DNA of 64,000 nucleotides from an uncultured candidatus Porisulfidus sp. (GTDB lineage Bacteria; Pseudomonadota; Gammaproteobacteria; Poriferisulfidales; Poriferisulfidaceae): NCBI GenBank assembly GCA_965242985.1, contig OZ251520.1, positions 860,492 to 924,491 of the forward strand, read 5' to 3'. Shown piece by piece: positions 60,015 to 64,000 of this stretch (position 1 is its first letter; each line of letters starts with the position of its first letter). The notes under the pieces were generated by a model. It saw only the letters and a program-made list of their open reading frames with translations, ran no database searches and was not told where the DNA came from. The position numbers and the translations under genes were made by a program.

Positions 60015-60929
60015 ATGATTCAGCAGCACACCCTCCGGGAGAGCGTCTGCGCCGAGGGCATCGGCCTGCACACCGGCGAGAAGATCTCCATGCGGCTGAT
60101 CCCGGCGCCGCCCGACACCGGGGTGGTGCTCCGGCGCACCGACCTCGAGCCGCCGGTCCGCATCGCCGCGCACCCGGAGAACGTGTCCGCGACCCGGCTG
60201 TCGACCACGCTGTCGCGCGGCGACGCGCACGTGTCCACCGTCGAGCACCTGATGTCGGCGGTCGCGGGCCTCGGCATCGACAACCTGTACGTGGACCTCG
60301 ACAACTCCGAGGTGCCGATCATGGACGGCAGCGCCAGCCCGTTCGTGTTCCTGCTGCATTCGGCGGGGCTCGCCGAGCAGGACGCGCCGAAGCGCTACCT
60401 GCGCATCCGCAAGACGGTGGAGGCGCGCAGCGAGGACGGCGCGCGCTGGGTGCGGCTCAGCCCGCACGACGGCTTCCAGGTGTCGTTCACCATCGACTTC
60501 GACCACCCGGTGATCCGCGACACGCGGCAGCGCGCGGTGCTGGACCTGTCGAGCACCTCCTACATCAAGGAGGTGTCGCGGGCGCGCACCTTCGGCTTCC
60601 GCCACGAGGCGGAGCTGCTGCGCGAGAACAACCTGGCGCTCGGCGGCAGCCTCGGCAACGCCATCGTGCTGGACGACAACCGCATGCTCAACGACAGCGG
60701 CCTGCGCTACGAGGACGAGTTCGTCAAGCACAAGGTGCTGGACGCGATCGGCGACCTGTACCTGCTCGGCCACAGCCTGATCGGCTCCTTCGAGGGCCAC
60801 TGCTCCGGCCACGAGCTCAACATCCAGCTGCTGCGCAAGCTGCTGGCGGCCGCCGACGCCTGGGAGCGGGTGGAGTTCGCGGAGCGCGGCGACGTGCCGG
60901 TCTCCTTCGCCCAGGTCAGTCCGGCCTGA
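60015..60929 (+). CDS. lpxC: UDP-3-O-acyl-N-acetylglucosamine deacetylase
   Basis: [31 protein letters not shown]... closely matches the LpxC N-terminus; ends ...SFAQVSPA. Confidence 0.9.
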   Translation: MIQQHTLRESVCAEGIGLHTGEKISMRLIPAPPDTGVVLRRTDLEPPVRIAAHPENVSATRLSTTLSRGDAHVSTVEHLMSAVAGLGIDNLYVDLDNSEVPIMDGSASPFVFLLHSAGLAEQDAPKRYLRIRKTVEARSEDGARWVRLSPHDGFQVSFTIDFDHPVIRDTRQRAVLDLSSTSYIKEVSRARTFGFRHEAELLRENNLALGGSLGNAIVLDDNRMLNDSGLRYEDEFVKHKVLDAIGDLYLLGHSLIGSFEGHCSGHELNIQLLRKLLAAADAWERVEFAERGDVPVSFAQVSPA

Positions 60930-61236
60930 CCGCCGCCCCGCCCGTCCCGTCCCGATGCGCCGCGACATGAACATGCAGCCGGCGCAGCGACCGCGGCAGG
61001 CGCGCGGCGAATTCGGCGTTCAGGTGCTTGAGCAGCTCGCGCTGGTGGCAGTGCAGCAGGCTGGCCCGCGCCGCGTCGTCGACGGACACGGTCAGCGTCC
61101 CGTCCTTGAGGCGGCTGCACCAGCAGTGGGCGGCGAGCGCCTCCGGCAGCCGCGCGCGCAGCGCGCGGGTGAGCTCCAGGCACAGGCGCAGGCGCGCTAG
61201 CAGCGCGGGGTCCAGATGATCGAACAGTTTCCGCAT
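60916..61236 (-). CDS. DUF721 domain protein (DciA-like)
   Basis: 106-aa protein [18 protein letters not shown]... at the conserved lpxC-[DUF721]-[M23]-secA position. It is the 3' end of the 997-aa shadow ORF 60916..63909. Confidence 0.5.
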   Translation of the reverse strand: MRKLFDHLDPALLARLRLCLELTRALRARLPEALAAHCWCSRLKDGTLTVSVDDAARASLLHCHQRELLKHLNAEFAARLPRSLRRLHVHVAAHRDGTGGAAVRPD

Positions 61237-62172
61237 CGCCAGGTTCCGCGGCCCGCGGCGCCGGCCGCCGGCGCGGGCTCCGCGCCCATTATCCGCCACC
61301 GCCCCCGCCGCCGGCGCGGGCGGCTCTTGGCCGGGCTGGCCGCGGCCGCGGCGCTGGCGCAGCTGCTGGCGGTAGCGCACCACCAGGGCGGGCTGTCCGC
61401 CGGCGCCGAACTGCAGGCGCGGCTGCTGGCGGAGCTGGACCTCTCGGCGGAGACCCTGCGCGAACTGCGCGGCGAGAGCGCGGCGCACCTGGACGCGCTG
61501 GCGGCGCGGGTGGCGCTGCTGCAGGCGCGCCTGGCGCGCCTCGACGCGCTCGGCGGCGAACTGGTGGCGCGCGCGCAGCTGGAGCAGGGCGCGCGGGAAT
61601 TCGATTTCGCGTCCGACCCGGGCCTGGGCGGGCGGGAGCCGGAGCGGCGCGAGGCGGTCGACGCGCGGCAGCTGGAGGCGACCCTGGCCGGGCTGCTGCA
61701 TCAGGCCGAGGACCGCGAGCTGCAGCTGCGCATCCTCAAGGACGTGGTGCGCCACCGGCAGCTGACGGTGGAGGCCTACCCCAGCGGCTGGCCGGTGCGC
61801 TCGGGCTGGATCTCGTCGCGCTTCGGCTGGCGCAAGGACCCGTTCCACGGCGGCCGCGCCTTCCACCACGGCCTGGACTTCGCGGCCCGCCGCAAGGTGC
61901 TGGTGCGCGCCGCCGCGCGCGGCATCGTCGAGGCCGTCGGCCGCCGCGGCAACTACGGCCTGACGGTGGAGCTCAACCACGGCAACGGCTACCGCAGCCG
62001 CTACGCGCACGCGCACGAACTGCTGGTGAAGCGGGGGCAGGTGGTGGAGCGCGGCGACCCGATCGCGCGGGTCGGCTCGACCGGCCGCTCGACCGGGCCG
62101 CATCTGCATTTCGAGGTGCTGGAGAACGGCAAGGCGGTCGACCCGCTGCAGTTCCTGTCCGCCCGCCGCTGA
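61216..62172 (+). CDS. M23 family metallopeptidase
   Basis: HHGLDFAA..., GYRSRYAHAHELLVKRGQVVERGDPIARVGSTGRSTGPHLHFEV (LytM-type zinc ligands). True start probably downstream of 61216. Confidence 0.75.
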   Translation: MIEQFPHRQVPRPAAPAAGAGSAPIIRHRPRRRRGRLLAGLAAAAALAQLLAVAHHQGGLSAGAELQARLLAELDLSAETLRELRGESAAHLDALAARVALLQARLARLDALGGELVARAQLEQGAREFDFASDPGLGGREPERREAVDARQLEATLAGLLHQAEDRELQLRILKDVVRHRQLTVEAYPSGWPVRSGWISSRFGWRKDPFHGGRAFHHGLDFAARRKVLVRAAARGIVEAVGRRGNYGLTVELNHGNGYRSRYAHAHELLVKRGQVVERGDPIARVGSTGRSTGPHLHFEVLENGKAVDPLQFLSARR

Positions 62173-62220
62173 GGCGGCGCGTATAATCCGGGGTTCGCAC
62201 GCCGCGGCCCGCGCCCGTCC

Positions 62221-64000
<1,780 letters not shown>

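Overview
This is a 64 kb high-GC (~70%) chromosomal segment that looks gammaproteobacterial. The right third (42.5-64 kb) is a complete, tightly coupled division/cell-wall (dcw) cluster followed by the lpxC / DUF721 (DciA-like) / M23 peptidase / secA block. Upstream of it lie a tRNA-Ala, rplY-pth-ychF, purMN, hda, pgsA-like, tldD/pmbA, msrA and lnt. A methanofuran/H4MPT-linked trio (MfnB-like DUF556, DUF447, dihydropteroate-synthase-like) sits next to lnt.

The main accessory content is five loci:

1. Two giant paralogous genes encode Calx-beta-repeat autotransporters. Gene 1 (4.7-11.8 kb) carries at least four or five frameshifts and has no obvious start codon, so it is probably a pseudogene. 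Gene 2 (30.5-34.8 kb) is intact.
2. Both giant genes sit behind a conserved ~170-nt promoter/leader module, present in three copies. Each copy ends in a homopolymeric G11-G12 tract. Such tracts are classic slipped-strand phase-variation candidates, but also sequencing-error hotspots.
3. Three tandem, ~85%-identical TonB-dependent receptor genes lie immediately upstream of the intact autotransporter.
4. A ~2-kb low-GC mini-island (tcmP-like gene plus phage Gp37/Gp68 DUF5131 gene) is bracketed by ~38-bp direct repeats that duplicate the promoter and 5' end of the RNase P RNA gene. No integrase is present. Next to it are an overlapping XRE-HTH/ImmA-peptidase + PIN-domain gene pair and an unclassified 164-aa protein.
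5. An AT-rich convergent intergenic region (17.3-17.5 kb) carries a perfect 12-bp palindrome and three 23-bp direct repeats.

Many long ORFs in the six-frame track are GC-driven shadow ORFs on the opposite strand of real genes and were rejected. Coordinates derived from codon counting may be off by 1-3 nt.
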